From a virus, in IMG/VR virus record IMGVR_UViG_3300024496_000011: a stretch of 64,000 nucleotides of DNA; one strand, written 5' to 3'. The notes beneath the pieces were generated by a model. The model was not told the origin of the DNA, ran no database searches, and was given only the letters and a program-made list of their open reading frames with translations. Both the position numbers and the translations under genes were made by a program. Position 1 is the first letter of the stretch, and the number at the start of each line of letters is the position of its first letter. Shown piece by piece: positions 29,201-37,397 of this stretch.

Positions 29201-31740
29201 GAAGCATTTGCTATAAATCTATTATTTCTTAAATTTGTTACATTTGAAAGAGTTACTGATGATGGATTAAACTGATATCCAATTTCAGTATTTGTTTTTC
29301 CAATTGTAGAATTTGATTCTTGAATGATAAATCCATCAGAAGGAGGTCTAGCTGTTACAGGAGAATCTTTAGGGATAACATAACGAACTCTATAAAGAGA
29401 ATCATTCAAGGATCGAGTATCAGATCTACGAGTGATAAATGTTCTTGAAGTTGCTGAACCAAGAACGGCAGATCCAAAACCAACTAATGCGGGATAAATG
29501 TTATTATCAGTAACTGCAGTACCAACATTTATATACCATGAGTTATTTGAAGTATCATATTGAATTGGATGTCCAATGTCACCCGAATTTTTATCAGACA
29601 CTCTACTTACGACAGTGAGAATACCACCTTTGCTGTTTATGGTAATCTCAGAATCATCAAGAGCATCATTTAAGGTTTGAGCAAGTTTTAATTGATTTGC
29701 AGAAAGTCCAGTAGTAATAGCATAATAGATTTGATTTGGAATGATTCCATCAGGAAGATGTCCATTATTACTAATTACTCTTACAGTTTCTCCATTTAAG
29801 AGCGAATGATTTGTTGTCAAATTAATTATGTTGCTACCAATAGAATTTACTCCACCAGCAACAGCAACACGATATGATTTTTCGGAAGTAATTTCATTTC
29901 CAGTATATTGAGTATTCGGCATAACAATTCTTGCCGAATATTGAGTCGTAATTCCACTTTGAGATATTAATACATTTAACCTATCTTTTTCTTTTGCCCC
30001 AATCCTATAACCTTCCAAAACATTATCTGGTGGAATTGATTGGTTTGTTTCATTATAAAGATAAAGACGACCAGTTGATGCAACACCAACAGTTTGATTA
30101 ACATCTACAGAAGAAAATTCTAGAGTAGTTTCAGATAACTCTAGTTCTTTTGGTGGAATAACATGAGTAATATATCCAACATCATCTTTTTCATATGCAT
30201 TAGCTCTAAATCCAAAAGCAACAAGTGACTTTGCTCCGAAATTGGAGTTTGAATTTGTGATAGATTGGTCTCCACCAGATTCCACCACAAAATGAAGTGC
30301 ATAACCAATAGCAAAAACAGAAACTACCTGAATGAAAGAATCGTTAGAACATTTTATATGATAGTTCTCATATTCTGGTTTATATCTGGCAAGAGAATCT
30401 GTATGAATATTTTCATTTCCACTTACAGTATTATCCTCATATAGTCCAGAAGATGGATTATATTTTACAAAAGCATTATCATCTTTTTGTAGTCCAATGC
30501 CAGTAAACTGCGCAACGACCATGGATTTAAATCCAGTTGCTTTGCTACCATCAGCGTGCATTCCACACATACCATACACTGATCGCATGGAAATATTAAA
30601 GATATATGGAGATGCTGAAGTAACAGTGTCAACAGAAATATTAAGAGTCGCACCTGTCACAGAAGGAAGAGGTACAACTGGAGGTGTTGAAACTTGATAT
30701 TTAATTTGAGTTGTGCTTACGACTTCACTAACAACATACTGTCCATCATAACCAGAAGATGCAATACCCTCAATTCTAATAGGAGTATCTACATCAAGAC
30801 CTAGAGTATTTTGCTCCAGATTTACAGTAATTACATTACTAGAAACAACCCCATCACCAGCTTTAATACTGGTGATGCCAACATTGCCTCCTGTAGATCC
30901 AACAATACGATATTCGTCAATTTTTGGTTGAATATCTAAGGGAGATCCAGTAACTTCTGGCGGAATCTCTCTTCCACTTGCAGGACCATAGGCAATACCA
31001 ATTTTTTCATAATACAGATCCATATCTGTCTTATTGACAGAATAAGTCAGGAAATTGTCATCAATATTAATATCATTGACACCATCAGCGTACTCAAAAC
31101 AAGTTAGTTTGTGGTGAGAAAAGTTAGGTACATAAGTATTTGCAGTGTAATCCTTATAAACTGAACCATTAGGATCTGCATCAAGAATACTAAATTGCCA
31201 GAAGTAACAAATACCAGTTACTTTAAAAATAGCAGATCTTTCAATAGCAGAATTTCTAGGGTCTGGAACATATTTAGGTCTAATTTTTGTTTTTCTTAAA
31301 TCTACACCAACAAGAGAAGTTCCTCTTGGTATTATTACGCCACCACTAACACTATTAAACTTATAAAGAATATTGGTATCAGAATTAATATCAAAATTTG
31401 TAGTAAGATCAAAAGGTTGAAAATCAGTTACAACTTCACCAGATCTAGCACGAAAAGAACCTCCATTTGGGCTTAGTGGAATCCATCCAGGTCTATTATC
31501 GACAATATGTTCTCCTGGATAAACCATGATTGTGGTTTTTCCAAATCGGTCATTATCTAATCCTCTTTGATAAGAGAATCTTGCGGCTTCAATTAATGCC
31601 CTCTGAATAGTTTTAAATGGACGAGTTAAACTATTTCCGCGATTTTCTATAGAATCTGTTGAATCACTACTAGAGGGATCGACATACAAAATTTCCCCTC
31701 TAGTATTTTTCAGAAAATTATCAAGACGACTTAATCCCAT
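26284..31740 (-). CDS. Large virion structural protein (1818 aa)
   Basis: MGLSRLDNFLKN.RG.ILYV.P...D.TDSIEN.GNSLTRPFKTIQRALIEAARFSY is the typical start of large cyanomyovirus virion proteins; late promoter at 31770-31776. Confidence 0.8.
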   Translation of the reverse strand: MGLSRLDNFLKNTRGEILYVDPSSSDSTDSIENRGNSLTRPFKTIQRALIEAARFSYQRGLDNDRFGKTTIMVYPGEHIVDNRPGWIPLSPNGGSFRARSGEVVTDFQPFDLTTNFDINSDTNILYKFNSVSGGVIIPRGTSLVGVDLRKTKIRPKYVPDPRNSAIERSAIFKVTGICYFWQFSILDADPNGSVYKDYTANTYVPNFSHHKLTCFEYADGVNDINIDDNFLTYSVNKTDMDLYYEKIGIAYGPASGREIPPEVTGSPLDIQPKIDEYRIVGSTGGNVGITSIKAGDGVVSSNVITVNLEQNTLGLDVDTPIRIEGIASSGYDGQYVVSEVVSTTQIKYQVSTPPVVPLPSVTGATLNISVDTVTSASPYIFNISMRSVYGMCGMHADGSKATGFKSMVVAQFTGIGLQKDDNAFVKYNPSSGLYEDNTVSGNENIHTDSLARYKPEYENYHIKCSNDSFIQVVSVFAIGYALHFVVESGGDQSITNSNSNFGAKSLVAFGFRANAYEKDDVGYITHVIPPKELELSETTLEFSSVDVNQTVGVASTGRLYLYNETNQSIPPDNVLEGYRIGAKEKDRLNVLISQSGITTQYSARIVMPNTQYTGNEITSEKSYRVAVAGGVNSIGSNIINLTTNHSLLNGETVRVISNNGHLPDGIIPNQIYYAITTGLSANQLKLAQTLNDALDDSEITINSKGGILTVVSRVSDKNSGDIGHPIQYDTSNNSWYINVGTAVTDNNIYPALVGFGSAVLGSATSRTFITRRSDTRSLNDSLYRVRYVIPKDSPVTARPPSDGFIIQESNSTIGKTNTEIGYQFNPSSVTLSNVTNLRNNRFIANASWQENFADVITELPHDLSVGSQVKILNVTSTGNLAGAANSAFNGTFTVTGISSSKHFRYALGDNPGTFTNNTSIRNTSLPYFQRKKYKDTYLIYRTQEIKKYIKNDQDGVYHLTLINSSNSPSVTPFTDLKLLQPVTNLYPQLNRDNPSSDPDPSVSYALPDPIGQVVIDDPQNSITKETIQKVIKDFNIGVGITNIISDSVGTSHTIFTSVDHGLNRATNLSIISGGSGYGTGIGTEYFYNATLIGESGTGKNATARIKVDSGTITDIKIIDGGSAFGVGNTLAVSGVPTISGHTAGIVSVTSIYNSVDEIIKISGITSVGYKSYNSLYRVSGVVQGNSKQVEVTPISPISPTAESGLNQLILGNSSASITGKAIGVSSLTYNASTGIGIVTTSNNHGLLVNNVISLGGADNSLYNGSFTVKQINSLTSFAINIGVGTTSPVGSGSIYLYRRGIASNAGTVTPNDENLGGRLVTKYDRVTTTLSASITGPTVGTITIPVTGLDLNIGDYLEINDEIVRIKSTVTSDTVSVYRGVLGTLSGSHTAGSVVRRIKPTPIEFRRHSIIRASGHTFEYVGYGPGNYSTAFPDRQDRQISPQEELISQSFKSEGGINFFTGMNDKGISYSGNKKLSTITGQEEIFDTPIQTITGEDISNQPSLNVITPVEGNFSNAIRVEGGADNKIISKFDGPVVFTNKLTSTSPKGLEASSVFIQGDATISRKYTVGIATPSNAGNPGDVVFQATPESGGTLGWVYTSDNNWRRFGPVSTSTTSINLTVNQINSNSFIGSFSGDGSGLYNVSDIWRTDAVGVHTSTPIGIGTTSAKSGFGLYVEGSTSINGTLRVFEIIETATITSGILTTTTVQNIDLGDNNVYYFTSEAQGNWTINFRGNSTQTLNSFLSVGESTTVAIITTQGATPYYNATVQIDGINQAPKYYGGNIITSGNANGIDVYTYVIIKTANNTYTVLYSQSQYS

Positions 31741-31781
31741 CTTATTCGTTTATAAGTTCCGTTATGGATTATTTATCCAAT

Positions 31782-31811
31782 AAAAAAACCTCTAGTTATC
31801 CTAGAGGTTTT
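31782..31811 (-). terminator. Rho-independent terminator (possibly bidirectional)
   Basis: AAAACCTCTAG-GATAA-CTAGAGGTTTT with T/A runs on both sides. Confidence 0.75.
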
Positions 31812-31821
31812 ATAAAATTAA

Positions 31822-32025
31822 TTATACTTCTTCTTCCTCTTCTTCATCCTCTTGTTTTTGGTCATCTAGAGTGACTCCAAGTTGATCAAGATATTCAATG
31901 ATACCTTGAACTTTGAGAAGTAAATCTCTTTTTGTTGTTAATTTTGTATTTAAAGAATTAATTTCTTCAATAAGAGTGTTTTGCTTTTCAAGCAACTCTA
32001 AAAGATGATTTTGTTGTTCTGACAT
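31822..32025 (-). CDS. Small coiled-coil acidic hypothetical protein
   Basis: ORF with late-promoter-like ATAAATA at ~32048-32054. Confidence 0.55.
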   Translation of the reverse strand: MSEQQNHLLELLEKQNTLIEEINSLNTKLTTKRDLLLKVQGIIEYLDQLGVTLDDQKQEDEEEEEEV

Positions 32026-32091
32026 ATCAATTCAACCTATTAAAAATTTATTTATCGCATACAACAAAACCTCCATGAGGAGGTTTCGAAG

Positions 32092-32739
32092 TCACACGGA
32101 AGGGGTTTGGTTTTGTATCGCCTTTAGTATTTTAGCGTCTTCTTCTTTCCATGTCAAGCGTTTTTGTAATCCACTATCAAATACAAGTAAATATCTGTGC
32201 TTTCTACTCCGATCTCTCCATTCACCCTCTTGTCCTTTTATTTTTCCACGAGAGTGTTTAGTTCCGTCTGAATAATAGAAATCTTTTTTTCGATCCGTGA
32301 GACCGTAGTACTTAAAGTTGCAAGCGCGATAAATTGTACCAGAATGGTGATCTGAATCAGCATAAGAAAGGATTGCTTTAACTTCAGTATCTTTCCGAAA
32401 TTGTCTAATCGCCTTTGACACAAACCAAGAAGTGATGTTATATTCTCGTGACTGCGTACTAGGGTGGATGCAAAGTCTTGAGAGTTCAAAGAGTCCTTGT
32501 TGTTCGTTTCTTTCAAGTCCAAATGCTCCTTTTGCTATTTCAGGTACTGGTAATCCAGTAAATATACAAACTCCTCGAAGACCGCCAATATTGAGAGGAG
32601 AGAACTCATTTTTCTCAAAGAGTCCATAATTATATCCAGACTTAAAACTTTTGGAAATATCTTTTAAGTAATGATATTGCAATAAAAGATCTTCTGATTG
32701 TTTCTTTGTTACTTTATCAATGTAGAAGTCGGACTTCAT
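32092..32739 (-). CDS. mom: Mom-like DNA adenine-modification enzyme (GNAT fold)
   Basis: LL.QYHYL...YGLF...GVC.F...ELSRLC...SWFVSKAIRQ...ILSYAD..HH.GTIYRACNF.Y.G matches the phage Mu Mom family pattern. Confidence 0.75.
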   Translation of the reverse strand: MKSDFYIDKVTKKQSEDLLLQYHYLKDISKSFKSGYNYGLFEKNEFSPLNIGGLRGVCIFTGLPVPEIAKGAFGLERNEQQGLFELSRLCIHPSTQSREYNITSWFVSKAIRQFRKDTEVKAILSYADSDHHSGTIYRACNFKYYGLTDRKKDFYYSDGTKHSRGKIKGQEGEWRDRSRKHRYLLVFDSGLQKRLTWKEEDAKILKAIQNQTPSV

Positions 32740-32909
32740 TCAGGTTGCTTACACTCTAAAATATATTCCACAGTATTTGCTACATCATTCATAGCATCAC
32801 GAAGGTGTGGTTGTTGTCCAGATTCTTGCTTCAGAATAGGTCTTGAATCATCAGTAAGAATCCAACGCCACTGTTTCATGGACTCACAATACCAAAGATT
32901 AACTTTCAT
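32736..32909 (-). CDS. Conserved small hypothetical protein (57 aa, MKVNLWYC...)
   Basis: The track ORF 32736-33020 probably over-extends; ATG at 32909 is coupled to the upstream small ORF. Confidence 0.55.
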   Translation of the reverse strand: MKVNLWYCESMKQWRWILTDDSRPILKQESGQQPHLRDAMNDVANTVEYILECKQPE

Positions 32910-33057
32910 GTTTGAAGTGCTCCAATTCGACCCAGTTAAGGAGGGTTTGGAATGCACTGATAGAGGCAGGAGTGCAGTTATCTTCCTTAAGTTTTTGAAC
33001 ATAATATTCAAGTGCTTCAATGACCATTTGACGGTCTTGTTGTGAAATAAGTGACAT
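32899..33057 (-). CDS. Small hypothetical protein (52 aa, MSLISQQDRQMVIEALEYYVQKLKEDNCTPASISAFQTLLNWVELEHFKHES)
   Basis: Read manually; below the track cutoff; fills the gap between the tRNA and the next ORF. Confidence 0.6.
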   Translation of the reverse strand: MSLISQQDRQMVIEALEYYVQKLKEDNCTPASISAFQTLLNWVELEHFKHES

Positions 33058-33074
33058 TGGAGTTATAGAACTCA

Positions 33075-33145
33075 AGCCTCTAGACAGAATTGAACTGTCG
33101 TCTCCGCTTTACAAGAGCGGTGCATCACCACAATGCTTTAGAGGC
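33075..33145 (-). tRNA. trnT: tRNA-Thr(UGU)
   Basis: Acceptor GCCTCTA/TAGAGGC; anticodon arm CCGCT-CTTGTAA-AGCGG; T arm GACAG-TTCAATT-CTGTC; no encoded CCA. Confidence 0.9.
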
Positions 33146-33148
33146 AAA

Positions 33149-33418
33149 TTAATCGACAGGCAACATTTCTGGATTTTCCAGTTCAAGTTCAAACATAAGA
33201 GGATGACACTCTTCCAACATCAAATAATATGATGCTTGATAAAGGTCTTCTGGTTCAAATCTTCTTTCGTTATCTGCTAATTTGATTAATTCCAAATCGA
33301 ACATTGATTCGTCTGGAAGGTCATCAAAAGTAAAAGGAATTTGATTTATGAAATACATCAGAACAATTTGGGTTCCGCGATTATACCAAATGTATCTGGC
33401 ATCAATACGGTATTTCAT
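33149..33418 (-). CDS. Conserved hypothetical protein (89 aa)
   Basis: ORF between the two tRNAs; CTAAATA at ~33439-33445. Confidence 0.6.
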   Translation of the reverse strand: MKYRIDARYIWYNRGTQIVLMYFINQIPFTFDDLPDESMFDLELIKLADNERRFEPEDLYQASYYLMLEECHPLMFELELENPEMLPVD

Positions 33419-33458
33419 AAAGGTTCCGTACTTTTGTTTATTTAGAGGTAGAACCTCA

Positions 33459-33542
33459 TAGGAGCGGGGGGAATCGAACCCCCACGGTCATACGACCAGC
33501 AGATTTTAAGTCTGATACGGCTACCAGTTACGTCACGCTCCC
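33459..33542 (-). tRNA. trnL: tRNA-Leu(UAA)
   Basis: GGGAGCG/CGCTCCT acceptor; anticodon loop CTTAAAA; long variable arm GGTCGTATGACC; T arm GGGGG-TTCGATT-CCCCC; no intron. Confidence 0.92.
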
Positions 33543-33550
33543 AAAAAAAC

Positions 33551-33754
33551 TTACGCTTGGTAAGTAATAGGATTATACTTGATAAACTCCCAAAATGTCA
33601 ACTTCATTTCTTTTTGTGACATTCCGCAGTGTTTTGCTGCTTTAGGGAGATTCCACTTTGCTGTAAAGAGTGCTTCATTTGCTTCTTTTACATTTTCGGG
33701 AGTGGTTTTGACTGGTTCCTCTTTGAGGTCTTTGTATGAAATTTTATAAACCAT
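33551..33754 (-). CDS. Small hypothetical protein with helix-turn-helix-like C-terminus
   Basis: ALFTAKWNLPKAAKHCGMSQKEMK resembles an HTH. Confidence 0.55.
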   Translation of the reverse strand: MVYKISYKDLKEEPVKTTPENVKEANEALFTAKWNLPKAAKHCGMSQKEMKLTFWEFIKYNPITYQA

Positions 33755-33817
33755 ACTTTTTCAAAAAAGTAATAAGGGCAATTTTTACCGGGAAAATTTT
33801 TGGACCAAAAATGAAAA

Positions 33818-34000
33818 TTAAAGTGGATTTGCGTATGAGAGAGTCTCTTCATCCACTGCAGAACGAACAAACTCTAGCACATTCATAAATTCATCTACCG
33901 TATCACAGGTCACTTGCTTCTCTGACCCTTCGTTAGAATACAGATACACTGTACGCTTGATAGGGTCCACCACGCAGCGTGAGAGGTACTCGTCTTGCAT
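33818..34000 (-). CDS. Small conserved hypothetical protein (60 aa)
   Basis: ORF directly downstream of a consensus sigma70 promoter. Confidence 0.6.
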   Translation of the reverse strand: MQDEYLSRCVVDPIKRTVYLYSNEGSEKQVTCDTVDEFMNVLEFVRSAVDEETLSYANPL

Positions 34001-34025
34001 TCGGTCGTCCGTTGATTACCTAGGT

Positions 34026-34054
34026 ACTATAGGACCTTTGGGGTCATGTGTCAA
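34026..34054 (-). promoter_or_regulatory. sigma70-type (early) promoter
   Basis: TTGACA (34054-34049), 17 nt, TATAGT (34031-34026). Confidence 0.8.
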
Positions 34055-34361
34055 GGGTTTGTGGACGAGGCAGATCTCTTCTTTCTGCAAAAATCAAATA
34101 ATAAAAATCGGGGGGAAATCCATTTGTATCAATATGAACGGTCAATCCCTGAACTCTTTTAACAATCAATGACTGATTTGCTCCAATAGAAGTCAAATGA
34201 ACAGTTATTGTAGATGGATTAACTAAACCTTCCCATTCGGGAGGAAGATTAATATATTTTTGATTTAAAATACGACCTTGAACAAACAAAAGATGTTTAT
34301 CCGTTAATGGTTGTTCGTAATGAAGAGTTTTTGATTCATCTAAAGGATGTTGAAATTTCAT
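34044..34361 (-). CDS. Stand-alone copy of the C-terminal domain of the 325-aa tail protein (105 aa)
   Basis: HP...L.Y...G.....INLP..W..LV....I.V.LT.IG..Q.L.V...IFAER.D aligns by eye with the end of ORF 36418-37395. Confidence 0.65.
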   Translation of the reverse strand: MKFQHPLDESKTLHYEQPLTDKHLLFVQGRILNQKYINLPPEWEGLVNPSTITVHLTSIGANQSLIVKRVQGLTVHIDTNGFPPDFYYLIFAERRDLPRPQTLDT

Positions 34362-35716
34362 AATACCACATTAGTTACAGTTGATACACCAAGATAGGTG
34401 AGTGCTTTATTATAAGTTATTATATCAGCACGATACGCAGATATTTGTTGTCTTAATCCCCAAATTTCAGATTGAATTTGCTTTCTTTCGTTCCTAAAAG
34501 TATTGGCGACATCTATTTTATAATTTAAAGTACTAATACCAGATGTAATATTAGTCTTCGCAGTATTTAGTTCTGTAATTGCATTTGTTAAATTAGTTTC
34601 TTGAGTTGGGCAAGGTGTTGATGTTGCCAATAAACTAGGAAGTTGAATTGCATCAACCGCAGTAACAAATCCAACGGCAACTCTTTGTCCGTTAAGATTA
34701 ACTGGATATGAAGTAAATCCAACAAGTGAATAATAAATTCCAGCACCAACATCAGGTTCAAAAGTGCTTGGATCTTCCTCATCTACCGCATCTGGATTCC
34801 AAGAAACTGGATTTGGATTTGATCCTGTATTATCATATGCAATAGAAACTCCAATTCCTATTGTACCCGTCGTCATAATTCCGATAGTCTGAGGAGAATA
34901 CGGATCTTTATCGGACTGAATTTCATAATCATCATAATTAAACTCAGTTGTAGATTTTAACACCGTAAAAGTCACATAAGATCCATCAGACTCTGGAGCA
35001 GAAGCAGTTTCTGTGGCAAAAGTATCAAGAGTTAAACTGGTAACTACAGATCCTGTAGTTATTCCGAGAATAGATCTATCCAAAGAAGTAGTCCCTATCC
35101 CAATAATATTACTTGAAGAAGGAAGAACACTTGATTTTGAAGAAGTAACTAATTGTCCTGTGCTAATTCCAATTGTAGAAGAAGATCCAACAACTGAAAG
35201 AACAGTAATTTTGTTTGATCCAAATGCAATCGTTCCTATGAAACTGGTAACAAAAGTATCACCAATATCCTTTGTTACTGGTTCATCATAATATTTAATT
35301 CCATATGCATTTTCGGGAGTATATCCAAAAGTATTATAATTACCATAAGTTGTAAACCCAACACCATCAAAATACTCAACATTTGGAAGTGTACCTGCAT
35401 ATCCAGCAAGAGAAAGTTGAGTTGCAACTAAAGTATAGGTTGTTCCAGCAAATCCAGTTTTTCTCCAAAAAACATCAGTCCTGCATCCTACATTAATACG
35501 ATTCTTATATGCAGCACCAACTGCTTCTATTTTAGCATTTACTGTTCTAACTTCTGATAAAACATCATTATCTAATGATGTAATAATATCGTCATACGCT
35601 CCTTTATTGCCATCAAGTTCGATAATTCTTTCAGAAGAATCCTCAATCGCACTATGAGCATCATCCAACTTAGTCTTTAAATCATCATTAAGAACTGTAT
35701 AATATCTTGGATCCAT
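34358..35716 (-). CDS. Tail/baseplate-associated structural protein (452 aa)
   Basis: Coiled-coil ends around a Thr/Gly/Ser-rich core; late promoter at ~35736-35742. Confidence 0.55.
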   Translation of the reverse strand: MDPRYYTVLNDDLKTKLDDAHSAIEDSSERIIELDGNKGAYDDIITSLDNDVLSEVRTVNAKIEAVGAAYKNRINVGCRTDVFWRKTGFAGTTYTLVATQLSLAGYAGTLPNVEYFDGVGFTTYGNYNTFGYTPENAYGIKYYDEPVTKDIGDTFVTSFIGTIAFGSNKITVLSVVGSSSTIGISTGQLVTSSKSSVLPSSSNIIGIGTTSLDRSILGITTGSVVTSLTLDTFATETASAPESDGSYVTFTVLKSTTEFNYDDYEIQSDKDPYSPQTIGIMTTGTIGIGVSIAYDNTGSNPNPVSWNPDAVDEEDPSTFEPDVGAGIYYSLVGFTSYPVNLNGQRVAVGFVTAVDAIQLPSLLATSTPCPTQETNLTNAITELNTAKTNITSGISTLNYKIDVANTFRNERKQIQSEIWGLRQQISAYRADIITYNKALTYLGVSTVTNVVL

Positions 35717-35743
35717 CTTTTTTCTACTTTTGAATATTTATTT

Positions 35744-36421
35744 TCATAACTCTAACCATTGTGAAGGGTGCGTTGACCCTTGATGATAATTAGAATGTTC
35801 TTTTTTTAAAGTGATTTTTATATCACCTGGAATTGTTATTCTTTCATCTCTTCTTTCTGTAAATTTTTGTGTAAAATGATGCACATGACTTGGAAACAGT
35901 AGTACGGTTCCTTCAATTGGCGTGATTGTATAATAATCGCAATTATATCTGTTAAATCCAAGAAGTAAGTTTCTTTGTTTTGATGTTTCAAATAATCCAC
36001 CAACAACTTCATTTTGATTGGATGGTTGATTTATGCAAAACTTATCAGAAGTTTCATCTGTATTCAAATAATACACGAAACTAATATTAGATTCATTGTG
36101 ATAATGTGGATTTAGTTCTGGAGTATCTTTGTCATGATATCCAATCCAGGATTTTATAATATGATAATCTAGTTTAGTATAATCAACATTCAAATGCGTC
36201 ATATACTCATCAATATTTCTTTTCAAGCTATCAAAAAAAATTTTATACTCTTTTTGGAGATGTAAAAATATTTTACCAGAAAACTCTGGACTTTCATTTT
36301 CATATCCATTAAACCAATATTCCTTTAAAACTTCCAAGTATTTGGATTTAAATTCTTTATGACAATCAACTTCTCCTTGATAAACAACTAGTGGAAATAT
36401 TTCATGTACCTTATTCATCAA
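35744..36421 (-). CDS. Putative 2OG-Fe(II) oxygenase (TIGR02466-like)
   Basis: KSW...HYH..SNISFVYYL...EGTVLLFPSHVHH...RITI. Confidence 0.8.
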   Translation of the reverse strand: MMNKVHEIFPLVVYQGEVDCHKEFKSKYLEVLKEYWFNGYENESPEFSGKIFLHLQKEYKIFFDSLKRNIDEYMTHLNVDYTKLDYHIIKSWIGYHDKDTPELNPHYHNESNISFVYYLNTDETSDKFCINQPSNQNEVVGGLFETSKQRNLLLGFNRYNCDYYTITPIEGTVLLFPSHVHHFTQKFTERRDERITIPGDIKITLKKEHSNYHQGSTHPSQWLEL

Positions 36422-37395
36422 CCACCATTAATAGTATATTCTTTATTATCTCCTGGATAGTCATTAGGTGTCAACCCCTCATATTCTGCAATATTTTTTG
36501 GCGTATCTTTTCTTTCCGCAAAAATAACGAAGTTGCAGTTGATAGGTCCACCAAGATTATTTCTTACAATAATACGTGTCCCCCATTCAATTTTATCAAC
36601 AAATAATTCCTGATACACTCCAATGGGTGTTAAAGATACTCCTATAGTCTCAACATCAACCAATTCTTTCCAGTAATCGGGAAGATTAATTATATTAGAC
36701 CCGCTAAGTTTTCCTCTAAAATAAACTTCTGCTGCAGGTCCTTCTATACAAATGTATCTTAATCGATGTTCACTCTTTGTTGGATGAGGAATATCAAATC
36801 CTTTTTTTGATGCAATTTTTGCTTTCAAAAGTGTAATTGTAGGACTACTGATTAATCCAGCAACAGTAAGTTTTCCACCTATTTTGACTAGTCCAGCTAC
36901 AGTTAATTTTCCACCAACATTTAATTTGGGTGCGATATTTGTTTTACCTACAACATTTACTTTGCCTATCCAATTTAGTTTACTTACAGCAGTTGTCTTT
37001 GGTGATATAAGTGAAACTGTTTTTGCATTAAAAATATTGATAAGTGTAGAGTTGATAGTCATTCCAACTGGACCACCCGCAGGATCACCAATCAAAAGAT
37101 CCGTTGGAGTAGGTGCAGATCCTCTACTACTCACCATCAAAATAGGTAGTGCATTTGTTTCTGGTGCTAAGTAGTTTTTGCTTCTACCTATCATCAAAGT
37201 TGCAGTAGGTCTTGGAAGAGGGTATGTAATAGGAGAACCGATTAACATTGGTCCTTCAACCCAAGCACTTCCATTAATAGGAGGAGTACCAGCACCACCA
37301 CCTAAAACAGTTGCGGGCAATCCAGGAACACCTCCAGGAAGGTTCGCTGTTACTTGAAATTGACCACCAACTAAAAGATTACCTAGATCGGGCAT
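36418..37395 (-). CDS. Tail spike/fibre-like protein with short beta repeats and a C-terminal chaperone-like domain (325 aa)
   Basis: KLNVGGKLTVAG repeats; C-term FDIPHPTK...LRYICIEGP...RG...LPDYW...IFAERKD. Confidence 0.55.
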   Translation of the reverse strand: MPDLGNLLVGGQFQVTANLPGGVPGLPATVLGGGAGTPPINGSAWVEGPMLIGSPITYPLPRPTATLMIGRSKNYLAPETNALPILMVSSRGSAPTPTDLLIGDPAGGPVGMTINSTLINIFNAKTVSLISPKTTAVSKLNWIGKVNVVGKTNIAPKLNVGGKLTVAGLVKIGGKLTVAGLISSPTITLLKAKIASKKGFDIPHPTKSEHRLRYICIEGPAAEVYFRGKLSGSNIINLPDYWKELVDVETIGVSLTPIGVYQELFVDKIEWGTRIIVRNNLGGPINCNFVIFAERKDTPKNIAEYEGLTPNDYPGDNKEYTINGG

Positions 37396-37397
37396 TA

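Noticed and set aside
32736-33020. 94-aa ORF as given in the track
   Set aside because: Better explained as two genes: a 52-aa ORF (33057-32899) in another frame and a 57-aa ORF starting at 32909.
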